This document shows, in pieces, positions 43,171-56,993 of a stretch of 64,000 nucleotides of DNA. The notes under the pieces are model-generated. The model ran no database searches and had not been told where the DNA came from. It saw only the letters and a list, made by a program, of their open reading frames with translations. The stretch's first letter is position 1; every line of letters starts with the position of its first letter. Made by a program: the position numbers and the translations under genes. Location: positions 77,748,001 through 77,812,000 of the forward strand of contig OX597816.1 in the NCBI GenBank assembly GCA_951406725.2, given 5' to 3'. Source of the stretch: Octopus vulgaris (Eukaryota).

Positions 43171-44400
43171 TATAAAGCATAAAATAACAAATATATCTTC
43201 TGCATTTCTCATTATGTAACGAGGCTTGGACTCTACATTTTACCCTGCCCCGCTCCCCGATGTAAAGATAAGATCTATATGGTAGTATGGTATAGGAGTT
43301 TAATATCGGTATAGGTATAGGAGTTTACTGAGTCCAGAATTCTCGGGGTGTTGTGTATGATACCTCTCTATCAGATATGGCTACTTTTGCACTCCTCTAC
43401 ACTTTCCTTTAAAAATATTCTTCTTTAAGCGCCTGCAACCGAGATATAGTACCCTCATGTAACAATGGTGGTCCCAAAATAATGAAAACACACACTAATA
43501 TATCAAACGTCCATATCCTTAGGACCTCAACGACTTTCAACGGACTATGCAATCGTTCGGTCGACCGGAAAATCTTGAGCACTCCTATTTAAACCACACT
43601 TATTTGCCTTCATAAGTGCAGGAATTACAGCAGTGGCGTTTCATTGTTGGAAATGCTCATGGTACCCCAACAACCACAATGTTCATTGTTAGTTTTTGGT
43701 TCCTTAATAAAACAAAAATTCAAAGAAAAAAACAAACAACCAAAAAAAACCTGTCACATCAAATTTTCTAGCGACTGTCGCTTATGTAACTAGAAGTCTT
43801 CGAAGTCGTTAAACATTAGCGATAGATATGACTGTAGGTTTAAAATGTTTACTTCTCAACGGCACATTTTCGAATTCGGTCCTACTGCATGGCATTTTGG
43901 AGATATATATGCTTGTATAGCCTTCGATTGATTAATGCCGTGTAAATGAATGTTATATTTTCATTGAAGAATCCCAAGTTAACTCGCCGATGTAAATTAA
44001 ATTTTGATTTTACATCTCCAGTGAATTAACTTGGGATCCCTTGACGACAATGTAACCTTCATTTAACTAGGCTATCTTCGGCTTGATGAGAGGTAGTGGT
44101 GTACCCCTCATTGTGTAATTATTACTTCCAAGGTTCTGCTAGTTAAGAAATATATGTAGCCTAGATTTTACCTGCTTAATTCCCTCAACTTGGATTTTAT
44201 TTGCATTAATAGCAACCCTAATTGCTAACCGTGAACTATAGAAAAACTTTTTTCAGCTTATTGAATTTCGATATGGGAAAACTTACAACTTTCTACGCTA
44301 ATAAACTATTATTGTTCCTGAAAATTGTTTTTATACTTACTACGGACTACTCGAAGCTTTCTAATTTCCTACTCCTATATCCTCGGATCTTATAATTACG

Positions 44401-44446
<46 letters not shown>

Positions 44447-44724
44447 GACGCACATCACAAGAAAAAGGTTAAAAGTGGCTCCGAAGTTTCACCAACGACA
44501 GACTGCATTTTGACAAAGTCGAAGTCACAGTTAACCTTTTCCTTCTATAAAAATATCATTAATACTCATAAATGTATTAGATGCTCTTTCAATTTACATT
44601 GAATATTTTCTACTTATGAGTTTATAGAAAACACAAACACGTACATACATATGCTTAAATGTAACCACGTGTGAATAGTTGGCGATTTTTTTCAGCCGTC
44701 TTCCTTTCTATTGGACTTTCCCCT

Positions 44725-44759
44725 GTTTCTGAAGAAGAGCGTTGCTCGAAATGTTAAAC
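44725..44759 (+). ncRNA. Minimal PLE-type hammerhead, dispersed family (related copies 11171-11205 + and 48795-48829 -; sister family 23650-23685 +, 19320-19355 -, 11452-11487 -, 27859-27893 -)
   Basis: GTTT-CTGAAGA-A-GAGC-GTT-GCTC-GAAATGTT-AAAC. The consensus across copies is GTTT-CTGAnGA-AGAGCnnnGCTC-GAAAC-GTW-AAAC; each individual copy carries mutations. Confidence 0.55.
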
Positions 44760-44861
44760 CATCTTTCTTTCCTTCCCTGAGCATCTGCTAATACTTTACA
44801 TGTACCACGTCCGCGCGTTGTTGCTTTTTTGTGTTTGTTGTTCTTTTTTTGGATTTACATG

Positions 44862-44899
<38 letters not shown>

Positions 44900-45881
44900 T
44901 GTGTGTGTGCGCGCCCGTGTGTGTGAGTGTGTCTGTTGGTTTTAACATGCTTATAAGGTTATACAAAACACATGGTTCGATTCCCTTAGGTGACGTTATA
45001 AAATTTTCTCTCACGCAAAAAAGACACACGCACACACACACAATATGGGCTAGGTGAACATGAATGTGTATGGATGGGTGTGCATGAGTGTTGAGTTTGT
45101 ATATGTATGCAAGAAAGGTATAGGCAAGTGTTTAAGTATACACATATTCACATTTAGGACTTGCACAACTTTGTCTATAACCAAGATAATTTCGTCTTTC
45201 TACCGGATTAAAAGATAAATACATAGATAAGTAGAGTTCATTGCTGTCTGTTATCTCTAGATTTACTATTACTTTAATCCGATTTTCTGTGTATCTTATG
45301 GATTCAAGCTGTCTACGAACTCTTAAACATTTATTTTTCTTGTCGTTGACTTTTATCGCTAATTTGAACAAGATTTTAACAGTTGAACCACATTTTAAAA
45401 TTCGGTTCAAATCTTGCAGTACAATTTGGCTTATGACCTAGGATTTACTGATTGGTTGTATTTCGTCAGAAAATCTTAATCAATTGTGACATAGTAAGAT
45501 TAACTAATAATGTACTTTGTTAATGATTTTCAAGACGGAGATGCACATGAAAAATATTACAATTATATGGCGGATGAAAATCAAGTGAAAGTTATTAGGA
45601 AGAAATTTTAAATTTGTAGGTTACTCTTTCGTCTGATGTAAAAGGCTCTTATTACTGCTAGTGCTGTTATTGTTGTTTTTTTAATCTCATGTTAGACTTG
45701 ATCCAGCAGGCCTATGATTAAAGGCGTTCCAGTCGTAACCATCCCGTGATTTTGTATATCAATAGTTAAAATTCTAAATATTACTTTTAAAATAGTAGAA
45801 TGGTTAATCACACAACTATTTTAAGGTCGGTTAACCACATCGTGTGTGTGTGTGCTGTGATATATGTGAATATGTAAATAC

Positions 45882-47105
45882 CTGGTGTTCCCCTAAAATG
45901 GATACCTGCATTGAATATTTACATAATCAGTACTTACTAAAATACATTTCATTTTCAAAATTTAATAGAATTTACAATAAAAATTTGATTTTTTTTTTAT
46001 GAACGCCTGTTTTGAAACCGGTGACCAATCTAGTCTAGGCACTGTTGAAGCAATGGAGTCGCAATCATCAAGAAACAGTTTGTTCGGTATTTGTGCATAT
46101 TTTCACTCAATCACTGCCCTCAACTCGTTGACTGATGCAAATTTTGTATTGTAAACTTTATCTTTTAAGCTTCCTCTTTAAAAAAATCCTTGTGGCATGA
46201 TGTCCGGTGAACGCGGAGGGTATTCTGCAGAATCTCTACAACCAATCCCTCTTTGTGAAAAAATCTCATTAAAGTAGGCCCTTACATTGCTATGATAGTG
46301 TGAGGATACCCTATTTTGCTGGAAATAAAACCCTACGTACATTTTCAAAGCTCTCTTGAATGTTTGTCATATATCTGTCGCAGCAATTTTAAGTAAATGG
46401 AACCAGTCACAGTACGTTAACAGAAAATGGTCCAACTAATCCTTTTGATGATAAGCTGCATCATACTGTAATTCCCAGTAAATTAACTCGATGCTCCTCC
46501 GTAATACACGGATTCCTGGGTCCTCAGTAGATGCAACTGTAGCGGTTAATCGAGTCATTTAATATATATGTATCCCGATCACCCTAAGCAATCTTTCTCG
46601 GAAAGCATGCATCTTCTACACATTATTGCCAAGAACCACTTGCAAAACTCCACTTTTTGGTGCAGATAATCTCCATTGAGAGCATGGACTATTTCTGGAA
46701 TGTAACTTTTCGAAAATGCAATGGACGCTTGATTTTGAAAATGCCACTCACAACTTGCTTGGCACACAAATTTTCTTGATCTCTGGTAATACGTTTCTAG
46801 TACATTTTTGTGTTTTGTGGGATTCGTTGATGTCTGCGGTTTTCCAGAACATTTCTTTTAGATATCAACAATTTTACCTGCATCAAACTTATTTCTAATT
46901 CGAGCGATGGTACGTTGCGTGGGTGGATCTGTTTGAAACTCCTTAAAATTTCTTCGTACTTTGCATTTTCAAACATTTAGGAAAAGTGTCCTTTGTTCAA
47001 AGCTTGACCTGGGACTCATCATTACTTCTAATGAGTTAAATCTGAGCAGAAATGAAAATTGAACTTTCAACTGTTAAAGTGTGTATACATTTTCGGGGAC
47101 ATTCT
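45882..47105 (-). mobile_element. Degraded Tc1/mariner-superfamily transposon with imperfect TIRs
   Basis: Frameshifted transposase remnants (FQQNRVSSHY..VRAYFNEIF..YPPRSPDI..LKDKVY). The ends CCTGGTGTTCCCCTAAAATGGATAC and GTATACATTTTCGGGGACATTCTG are imperfect inverted repeats flanked by TA. Confidence 0.7.
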
Positions 47106-47112
47106 GTAAATA

Positions 47113-48000
47113 AACAGGGTTTGGGAGGCATTTGAGGACATATAATGAAACGACTTTGAACTAGCAAAAACCAAATGTATTTTAATAAAAAATTGTGCGC
47201 ATTGATAAAATTTCTTATACGATTATTCTATGAATCCAGCTTCAGCTTCGACGACTGCTTCAATGCGTGACCAGAATCGATGACATTTCTACGCTAAATT
47301 ACCCTTATTCGTTTCGGAGTCAGCTGGGTAAGGGTATTCTTCAGTGAAGTTCTGTGAGAATGCCGACAAGTCTCCTTTCAACAATGCTTTCAACACAGCA
47401 ATCCATGAGGTTTATATCTGGCAAGGCTGGAGGTTACATGTTTGTATTACATGATCATAAATATTGTCTGACATCCATTCCTGAGTTACGTGTTCTTTGT
47501 GAGAAGAATTAGTCATGTTGAAGCAAGTGAGAACATTTACCGTCTACTTCATTCATCCCGGGCTTAACAACGGTCTCCAGCACCTCAATGTACCCAGCAG
47601 CATTAATACTAAGACCTTGTGGAAATATGAGCTATTATGACCTGACCTTCGTTATTCACCATTCCTAAAACCATTCCAGTTTCTAGAAACTTATCATGCG
47701 TCACTCTGGGCACATCAAAAGTATCTGCACGTAACCATCTGTCATTTCTCCTTTTATTTTTGGTCTAGGTCGAAGTTTTTCTCATCAGAAAAGAATCAAA
47801 GCATGTTATGTTTAACCTTGTTAAGTAAATGGTTTTCTTGTGTCTTTGCAAATATGAATTGACATACGACTTGTATCGAATGTTCACAGTTCTGATTGCC
47901 CACTCCAACACTTGAAATCCTTTGGCAATGGCTCTCATAGATTTTCTAGGATCATCGTCAATAATGCTTTGAACTCCCTGCAAGAATTACGGTGCCCCTA
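47113..48000 (-). mobile_element. Degraded Tc1/mariner-superfamily transposase, second family
   Basis: IIDDDPRKSMRAIAKGFQV..IRYKSY and downstream remnants (NAAGYIEVLETVVKP, WMSDNIYDH) with stops and frameshifts. Confidence 0.65.
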
Positions 48001-48022
48001 GAGTAGCCAAACGTGTAAAAGG

Positions 48023-48650
48023 ATTTATGTGATAACCTGCTCGGGTTGCGGTCACAACTATATTGGACAGACGAGTATGACCTCGAGAAAGAGAACCACT
48101 CTACATAAAGAGTAAATCCGTTTCCCGCAATACAGGCAAATTCCTCTCAGTGAACATATAGAAAAATGTGCAGATAGCATCAAACCAAATTTCACAGTCT
48201 TCCCCTTCTACCAGTGCAAAGATACAACCTCTCCACAAGAACGTTTAGATAAAGAAACTTTTTTCCTTGAAAAATACAGAACACGTCTTAATATAACCAA
48301 CTTTCATCTTTTTACATATTCCAATTCACGATTACACCACTGTGCATAAATCCCTTTACTAAGCAAGTTTTTCGAAACCTTTTTTTTTGTCTGTACATAT
48401 ATATTCCCCTCCCCTTACCGAAAGCTGAACAGTTGTCTCCCTTGCCCACAACAATAACAATGATAACGATAACCGATTACCCCCATCCTTATTTTTCTAA
48501 TTGTGAAGTAATTCACTCGTAAATATCATCACATTTAACATGGACAAAATTTCTTAAGAAAATACATACTCAAATAAGTAAACCATAATATCATGAATAG
48601 CGTAAATGAAACCGGTCGATATATTAAAAATTATATTAAAACTATGTAAA
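48023..48650 (+). mobile_element. Penelope-like element GIY-YIG fragment, related to the element at 53.7 kb
   Basis: IYVITCSGCGHNYIGQTSMTSRKRTTLHKE*IRFPQYRQIPLSEHIEKCA...FPFYQC...RLDKETFFLEKY; internal stop; 3' boundary approximate. Confidence 0.8.
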
Positions 48651-49264
48651 GTGTGTGTATTTTCCTTTTTTAATTTCTTATATATGTATGTATATATATA
48701 TATAAGAAATTAAAAAAGGAAAATACACAACAACACAAGGACGTGGAACAAATAAAGTATTATTGGACGCTCAGGAAAGAAGGGAAGAAGGAGGGTTTAA
48801 CGTTTTGAGCGGAGCTCTTCGTCGGAAACATAGAAAGAAATATCCCGAGAAGGGAAGACAGAGGAAAAAAATCGCCAGTGGTACTCAGGAGGTCACATAT
48901 ATATATGTGTGTGTGTGTGTTATACGTATATATATATTATATTATATTATATAGACGCTGCCAGCATGTATGTATTCAATTATGTGTTGACAGCAGCAAC
49001 AGAGCCATTTAGCTCTTATTTCAAGCAGTGTAGGTGTCCTAACATCCTCAGTCATATTTAATGACGTTTGTTGTTTTCCTTTTGGGTGAAACCCTAACTA
49101 GCTGCTTCATTTATTTATTGGTATATACATCAATGATTCGCTAACTCATCCATAAATTTTTATGGAGTAGACATATATGCTTGTAGCAAGGCTGTCTGGG
49201 AATTGGCGAACTGTGCCGACTTTTCTGACGATGCTACTCTCTCTCTCTCTCTCTCTCTCTGTAT

Positions 49265-49341
<77 letters not shown>

Positions 49342-50080
49342 AAGTTGATTCACCTCATGATCAGCAGAGTTATCGACTGTGATCTTTTTCTGCAAAGAAA
49401 CATTTCTTCAGAAACAACTTGAATTAATTTAGCCCCGCTTAAACTTTTCCCTGACCTTCATCATATATGTCGCATTTGAATAAAACGTAAAATTATTTTC
49501 ACCAACAAAATAGCTTTATCCATGCAATGATTGAAAGCATAACTGGCTGACAACAATATCTTGTCACCTTCAGTGTTACACTACTTTGAAGCTTTGTACT
49601 CAACTTTTCTTGTGGTGTGTCTAGAAACAAGGAAAGTAGAAGTGCTTCAGTACTCATTTTCAGAATCAGAATTACTCCCATTTTGGAACACCTTGATATT
49701 CTATACCGACTGTGGCTTTTCTTAGAATAACATATATGTAAGAATATGTTTAATATATAGTCTATTATATAAGAATATAATAGACTATATATTATTCATA
49801 TAAATACAGTGTACATTTAAACACAAACGTGGTATCCATCATATACACGTGTATATATATTTAATCTAAGATGTACATGCTGAAGAAGGCTTCGCCTAGC
49901 AAATTATTTTATTTGCTAAAAAAAGTCTGAAACCATTGGCCCAGGAGTTAGATGGTAAATGTTTCTATTTTTCATTCCATTCGAAATGTTATCTCTAATA
50001 TTGGTTTGGAATTTAACTGTCCTCTCTAGCGTGCAGGTTGTCCTATAATGGATACCTCTTTTGTGTTTTAATTTACACTG

Positions 50081-50124
<44 letters not shown>

Positions 50125-51390
50125 TTTATAACATGACTTGCTGAATGAAGACAAAAGTATTTAACTGCTTTTCGATTACATAAACGATAATAGTTCATAA
50201 TATCCATAATTTTCACTTAGAAGCAAGTCAACACTTCTTTGTTATGAATACTTATAGCATCCTGCCTTAGCAATAGATCAGAATTAGTTTGGCAGAAACG
50301 TTAGAGTATCTAGCCAAATTGTTCACAGTATTTAGTTTCATCCCTCTACAGATTGAATCCAAATTTTACCAAGATCGATTTGCCTTTCATGAATTTAATG
50401 TTAATGTCAATAAAACTAATAGCAGTAATACATTTCTCTCCAATGAAAATTAGCCTTGATCCGAATAAAATACATTTTTTTAATGAACGATACAGCTTCC
50501 TTATGACATAACTACAAGTAAGAAAATGTGTTCTGCTAAGGTAATGGAAGACAGAAGCGTGAGATAATAAGAAATGAAATGACAGAAAGCAGTAAAGCAA
50601 ACTGTCTGGAAAATGGAAGAGATAAAATTTATGTCGTGATGGGATTAGTAAACAATAGGTTTGATTCATAACATCTCAAAGAATCAAAAGCTATCAAACA
50701 AGCGCTAAGCCACTCAGTTTTCTTATGAGATATTAGAGTTTGCAATTTCACGAAGAGAAAAATAATATTGTTTGAAGCCTAAAAAAAAAAGCGGGTCATT
50801 GATCTGAGAAAAGATACTTTATAAAATGGGTGGAATCTGAAGATGTGTGCTGCGATCACTTTCAAAAACTAAATATGTTTTATTTAACTTAACAAATATG
50901 CTACTGGGGTTTTTTTTTACTTCTATCACGTTTTTACCTGTTTTCGTTTTGGCGTAAAATAAACTGAAAAAAAGTCAATTTTGAAGAAAAAACAAAAACA
51001 AACTGTTAATCAAGAAGCAAGGAAGTGTTGGGTATAAATAAAAGGCGTCTTCTATAACAGAATTCTAAGAAATATCGTTGATTTGTGATAGGAAAAAAGG
51101 TGAATCGTTGAATTAGGGGCGTAGTTTCAAATAAGTTGTTTCCGGAAATGAATGAAAAGCCCCACAAAATGAGGACTGCCAAAGAGTTGACGCTCATAAG
51201 TATGTTCCAGGCACGAAATAAAAGAAAAACGAACAGTCGAAATCAACCGGTGACACCTTTGATTTATATAAAAGTTTCATGTTTGGATTAAGGTGAAAAG
51301 CAAACAAGGAAACTACCTAATATTGACTCACGATTCATTGAAGATATATCAACATGCGAACGCACGGACACACACGCACACACGCACACA

Positions 51391-51459
<69 letters not shown>

Positions 51460-51799
51460 GCATATATATATGTGTGTATGTGTGTGTACGTCCACAGAAG
51501 AAAACTCATGCACATCTGGTGTATAGAATTATTTTTTCAAGTTCACAAAATTTGTACATATGTACACACTCACGTATGTTCATATAATGATTGCACATAA
51601 GGATTTATTTTGACTAGACACTGACAGATTTTTATAAAGAAGGGACGTTAGTTCATTGCGTTGACCCAAATATTCTTTAAGTAGTATAAGCTAACCTTAC
51701 TCTGGGGTACGTAAAAGCCCTATGCATTCTTTGTAACAGAAAAATAAGTTAATGTTAAACTTGTAAATTGTAAGTTCACTACGCCTTTACCTATCATTA

Positions 51800-52262
<463 letters not shown>

Positions 52263-52305
52263 CATGCATAAATACATGCATATACATATATATATTTGGA
52301 TGTTT

Positions 52306-52373
<68 letters not shown>

Positions 52374-52380
52374 GTAATGT

Positions 52381-52688
52381 ATGTAATGTATGTATATATG
52401 TGTGTATATATGTATGTATACATATATTTATATGCATATATATGTACAAATATATATATATATGTAATGTATGTATATATGTGTGTATATATGTATGTAT
52501 ACATATATTTATATGCATATATATGTACAAATATATATATATGTAATGTATGTATATATGTGTGTATATATGTATGTATACATATATTTATATGCATATA
52601 TATGTACAAATATATATATATGTAATGTATGTATATATGTGTGTATATATGTATGTATACATATATTTATATGCATATATATGTACAA

Positions 52689-52700
<12 letters not shown>
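52381..52700. repeat. Minisatellite, ~79 bp x 4, built from degenerate (TA/TG)n
   Basis: The unit ATGTAATGTATGTATATATGTGTG...TATGTACAAATATATATAT recurs four times. Confidence 0.8.
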
Positions 52701-52761
<61 letters not shown>

Positions 52762-52789
52762 TGTGAGTTTTGTGTGTGGCATCCAACTA

Positions 52790-53465
52790 CATCAGAGACT
52801 TGGGAGTAATTGGTAACAACAGCATAAGCTGGGCCGGTCGTATAAACAGTAAAGTTGAAATGGCCCGCAGAATGTGTCCCTAGAATCTCACAACTTTCCA
52901 CTCGAGAGATATCCACACCATTATCCTTCTCTTCTCCACTTTTGCAGAACCCCACCTTGAATACTGTTGCCCACTGTGATCTCTTCACATGAAATAAAGT
53001 ATCATGAAAACTGAAGCACCTCAAAGGTCAATTACAAAAAAGGTAGACTAGCAAAGCTCAAGCTGAATTCTCTCCAACGCTGCTGTCAGCGCTACATCTT
53101 CTGCATGATGTGGAAAATATTCCATCAACAAATGATGTTAGCATCGCCTTTAAGATACCCCCAAGACTTGGGGCTAGTGCTATCCACCCACAGCGTAAAT
53201 CATACTCGTATCACATAATAACAATACAGCACAATTAATTCACCTCAATTGGCTCCACTCTCTTTAATATTACACCAAAGTACAATAAAACAGAAACAGA
53301 TCTCATAAAGTTCAAGAAGTCTTTGGACAAATTCCTTCAAAAAAATCACCCGGATATGTCTCCATAAACAATAACTCTCTACTCGAGTGGGCCATGTTGT
53401 CCGATTTCTGATTTGAATGACTTTGCCAGGTGGTGCTATTAAGTTAGACATGGCCAAAGTATCAA
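52790..53465 (+). mobile_element. CR1/L2-type LINE 3' fragment
   Basis: [10 protein letters not shown]; LKLNSLQRCCQRYIFCMMWKI; IGSTLFNITPK..KFKKSLDKFLQ. These are typical LINE ORF2 C-terminal motifs, interrupted by stops. Confidence 0.7.
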
Positions 53466-53653
53466 AGTATATATATATATATATATATAGGTGAGAAAGT
53501 TGGTGTGTGAAAGCACGTGGTTGAATATATAGAAAATAGTAAAAAGTGAAAAAACTACAGAAGGCTTGTTTTAAAAGGTTAAAAAATATATATTTGAGTC
53601 ATTATGTCTGAAGAATGTTATAATTTTTTTTTTATACAATGACATAGTTTTTG

Positions 53654-53693
53654 AAGAAATGACCGGTTTCGCGTTCAGCTTTTCAAATTTCTT
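53654..53693 (-). ncRNA. Minimal hammerhead (U3-A8 core) in the PLE 3' pseudo-LTR
   Basis: AAGAAAT-TTGAAAA-GC-TGAAC-GC-GAAACCG-GTC-ATTTCTT: 7-bp stem I and palindromic ACCGGT stem III, at the 3' end of the GIY-YIG ORF. Confidence 0.65.
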
Positions 53694-54562
53694 ACATCGT
53701 TATGTTTTCGTTGAGAAGTGTAAAGAAGAGTTCCAGATAAGGGGAGGTAATAAGTGATTTCTTCCGGTGTAAGGGAGATAATCGCTTTATATTTCTTGCC
53801 TTTTTTTTGGGGGGGGGGGGGTGAGTTTCTCTGTATAAGAATGTTGGAATGGTTAAGTTTGGGCTTGTATTTTTCAATGAAGAATGTTTCCTTGTTTAGT
53901 CTAATTTGTGTTGGTGTTCCGATAGCACATTGATAAAATGGAAAGATTAAAAATTGTGGTAGTAGTTGCTTTGCGCATTTCTCAACGTGCTCATTAAAGG
54001 GTATCATTCTGTATTCTGGGAATGCAATCTGTTGTCGATGCAGTGTGCATCTACGTCTGAGTGATAGTCCCGTGGACCCCACGTAGTTTTGGTGGCAGCC
54101 CGAGCATCTTATGACATAAATTATGTTTTCAGAGGCACAAGTAAAATTAGATTTGATCTTGAATTTCTGTCCCTCTTTGAAGAGGAATTCTGATCCTTCT
54201 AGCAGGTTTGGACATGTTGCACAGTTCGGTCTACCACATTTTTTTACTTTTGCATCCGTAATTTCAGAAAACAATTTTGCCTTTTTGAGAATCTTTTTAA
54301 GTGATTTAGGTTGTTTGTAGCTTTTAATGATTTGGTGTATGTTTAGAATTTCCTTTAATTTGGGGTCCTTATGAAGTATTGGTAAATTCTGGGTGATGAT
54401 GGTGAAGGCTTATTTGTTTCTGGGGTTGTATGTGGATATGTAAGGTAGTATTTTCGGCAAGAAATATTAAGCGATTATCTCCCTTACACCGGAAGAAATC
54501 ACTTATTACCTCCCCTTATCTGGAACTCTTCTTTACACTTCTCAACGAAAACATAACGATGT

Positions 54563-54602
54563 AAGAAGTTTGAAAAGCTGAACGCGAAACCGGTCATTTC
54601 TT
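54563..54602 (+). ncRNA. Inverted copy of the same minimal hammerhead
   Basis: AAGAAGT-TTGAAAA-GCTGAACGC-GAAACCG-GTC-ATTTCTT; the single A>G change leaves a G-U pair in stem I. Confidence 0.6.
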
Positions 54603-54614
54603 CAAAAACTATAT

Positions 54615-54691
54615 ATCCTGCCAGTTAGACAGCTACAGACGTTTCAGGGTTGTTGCCCCTTATCAATGCAGCGTAGTCTGACTGGCAGGAT
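54615..54691 (-). ncRNA. Hammerhead (U3-A8 core) with long extended stem I
   Basis: ATCCTGCCAGTCAGAC-TAC-GCTGCA-TTGATAA-GGGG-CAACAA-CCCT-GAAAC-GTC-TGTAGC-T-GTCTAACTGGCAGGAT. Confidence 0.7.
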
Positions 54692-56378
54692 GAAGCGGCT
54701 CACCTCCCTTGTTCGAAGGTTTATAATGGACGCAGATTTGTGTGTCAAATAGCTACCTTGAGGCAGTGGCCTCTTGGAGCTAATCAGCGACAGTTTTAGT
54801 CTTATATTTATAAGACTGCCATATTAGTATGGCGATAACTATTAATTTCCAGTAACGCTGCCGTAATCTCCTTTAGAGAGACTTAGTAATTTTAATATTT
54901 CTATTAAAGATTTAATAGGACTGCAAAAAATAAATTCTGAGGTAAATGACGTAATGATAATTAAACATTGGCCATAGAACAAACATTAAAATGAGTTAAC
55001 GACTTTATATACTGTATCAAACCTCCAACATACATCATATATAAATAAATATTACCATGGCTTTCATAATATATAAATCAAAATATAAAATATAAAGACA
55101 TACAAATACAGAAGACCACTAAGGTTAAAATATACATATATGCGAAAAAAACGTATATAATAATGTCACATCAAAAGACGACTAAAAATTTATAAAATAC
55201 TTTAAAATACTAAAAATATGTCATGCTCAAAAAGTTGAGAAATCGAGTAAACAAATAAAGAATAAATCAACTAAAAAGTTATATTTACTTCACTCACACC
55301 AAAAGGTAATAATCAATGAGTAAATTATATTTCTAATAAAAAAAACTACGTCCACACAGTATATGATAGTTCAAGATTAAGGATTCACCAATTAAATTAA
55401 ACATATCATCTATGGCCATTTCGGGAGCACATCACCAAAGTTAGATAGCAATTGATGCATATCACGGCAATGGCCCCCTCGTCAGGATGAAAAGAGAGAT
55501 AGGACACATATACAAGACCAGGACAACCTTATCATACCTATTTCTTTATTGCCCACAAGGGGCTAAACACAGAGGGAACAAACACGGATAGAAAAACAGA
55601 TTAGGTCGATTATATCGACCCTAGTGCGTAACTGGTACTTATTTAATTGAGCCCGAAAGGATGAAAGGCAAAGTCGACCTCGGTGGAATTTGAACTCAGA
55701 ACGTAGCGGCAGGCGAAGGACAACCTTATCATATCGCAAGCTTACTTTAATACTTAAAAAAAAACCGTTGACTATTTCTAATAAAGCTAAATACGCCGGT
55801 TTCAAATCCATGTATGGCCAAGCATAATTTTTTACTACATCTGTTTTTATTTTAATACACCCTCCCCGCCAAAAGAGGGGAAGAGAATTTGTAATTGCAA
55901 AAGGGGATCACTTCAGCAAATATATTTATATATAAAGTAATGCAAAAATACATTATGAAGGATCTATCATAAACAATTCATAATTATTTATGAATATATT
56001 TATGGCCAAAACATGTAATCATAAATTTCATAAAAGAAGTGTGTATAATTATGAATAGATCACAATTATAACGGAGAGGATTGCAAAAACCCTTACACGT
56101 CTAGAAACAGCAAATAAAGCCGTCGGCGGGCGACATGACATAAAATTCACAACTTAAAAATAAAATGTTAATTCTCTATTGCAATTTTGAAGTTAAGAAC
56201 CTAATGGCTCCACTCTTCTCACCAGGAAAATATTCTTAAAGATACAGATTGACGCAAAAAGCACACTTTGGGGCTTACATGTGTCCCGACTGAGACACAT
56301 GTATATATATACTGGAGTAAACACATAAATGTGAAACAAGGTGGAAAAAAGAGTACTCAAATACCAGGGGTATATAAA

Positions 56379-56468
<90 letters not shown>

Positions 56469-56490
56469 ATATATATATGTGTGTATATAG

Positions 56491-56876
56491 GTTGCGAACC
56501 ACATGGTTCCGGATTCAGTCCCACTTCGTGGCACCTTGGGTAAGTGTCTTCTACTATAGCCTCGGGCCGACCAAAGCCTTGTGAGTGGATTTGGTAGACG
56601 GAAACTGAAAAAAGCCCGTCGTATATATATGTATATAAGTATGTATGTGTGTGTATATGTATATATGTATGTTTGTGTGTCTGTGTTTGTCCCCCCCAAA
56701 ATCGTTTGACAACCGATGCTGGTGTATTTACGTCCCCGTAACTTAGCGGTTCGGCAAAAGAGACCGATAGAATAAGTACTAGGCTTACAAAGAATAAGTC
56801 CTGGGGTTGATTTGCTCGACTAAAGGCGGTGCTCCACCATGGCCGCAGTCAAATGACTGAAACAAGTAAAAGAGTA
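56491..56876 (+). mobile_element. SINE family A copy, slightly 5'-truncated
   Basis: High similarity to 13007-13408. Confidence 0.9.
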
Positions 56877-56888
56877 AATATATATATA

Positions 56889-56921
<33 letters not shown>

Positions 56922-56993
56922 TGATAAAATGGTAAGACAACAAAAGAATGAAAGAGACCTTGATATTATGTAAATAGAGGAATTTATCTGTAA

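Larger units (their letters stand above)
53644..54612 (-). mobile_element. 5'-truncated Penelope-like retroelement (GIY-YIG endonuclease) bounded by inverted 157 bp pseudo-LTR copies
   Basis: ORF 54274-53675 has a KCGRPNCATC linker and NIIYVIRCSGCHQNYVGSTG..LRRRCTLH (GIY-YIG); the upstream frame LPYISTYNP contains a stop. 53644-53800 is the reverse complement of 54456-54612. Confidence 0.9.

Noticed and set aside
48655-48728. Short inverted repeats here and at 49750-49793
   Set aside because: AT-rich 20-30 bp arms next to microsatellites; probably minor examples of the same fold-back process.
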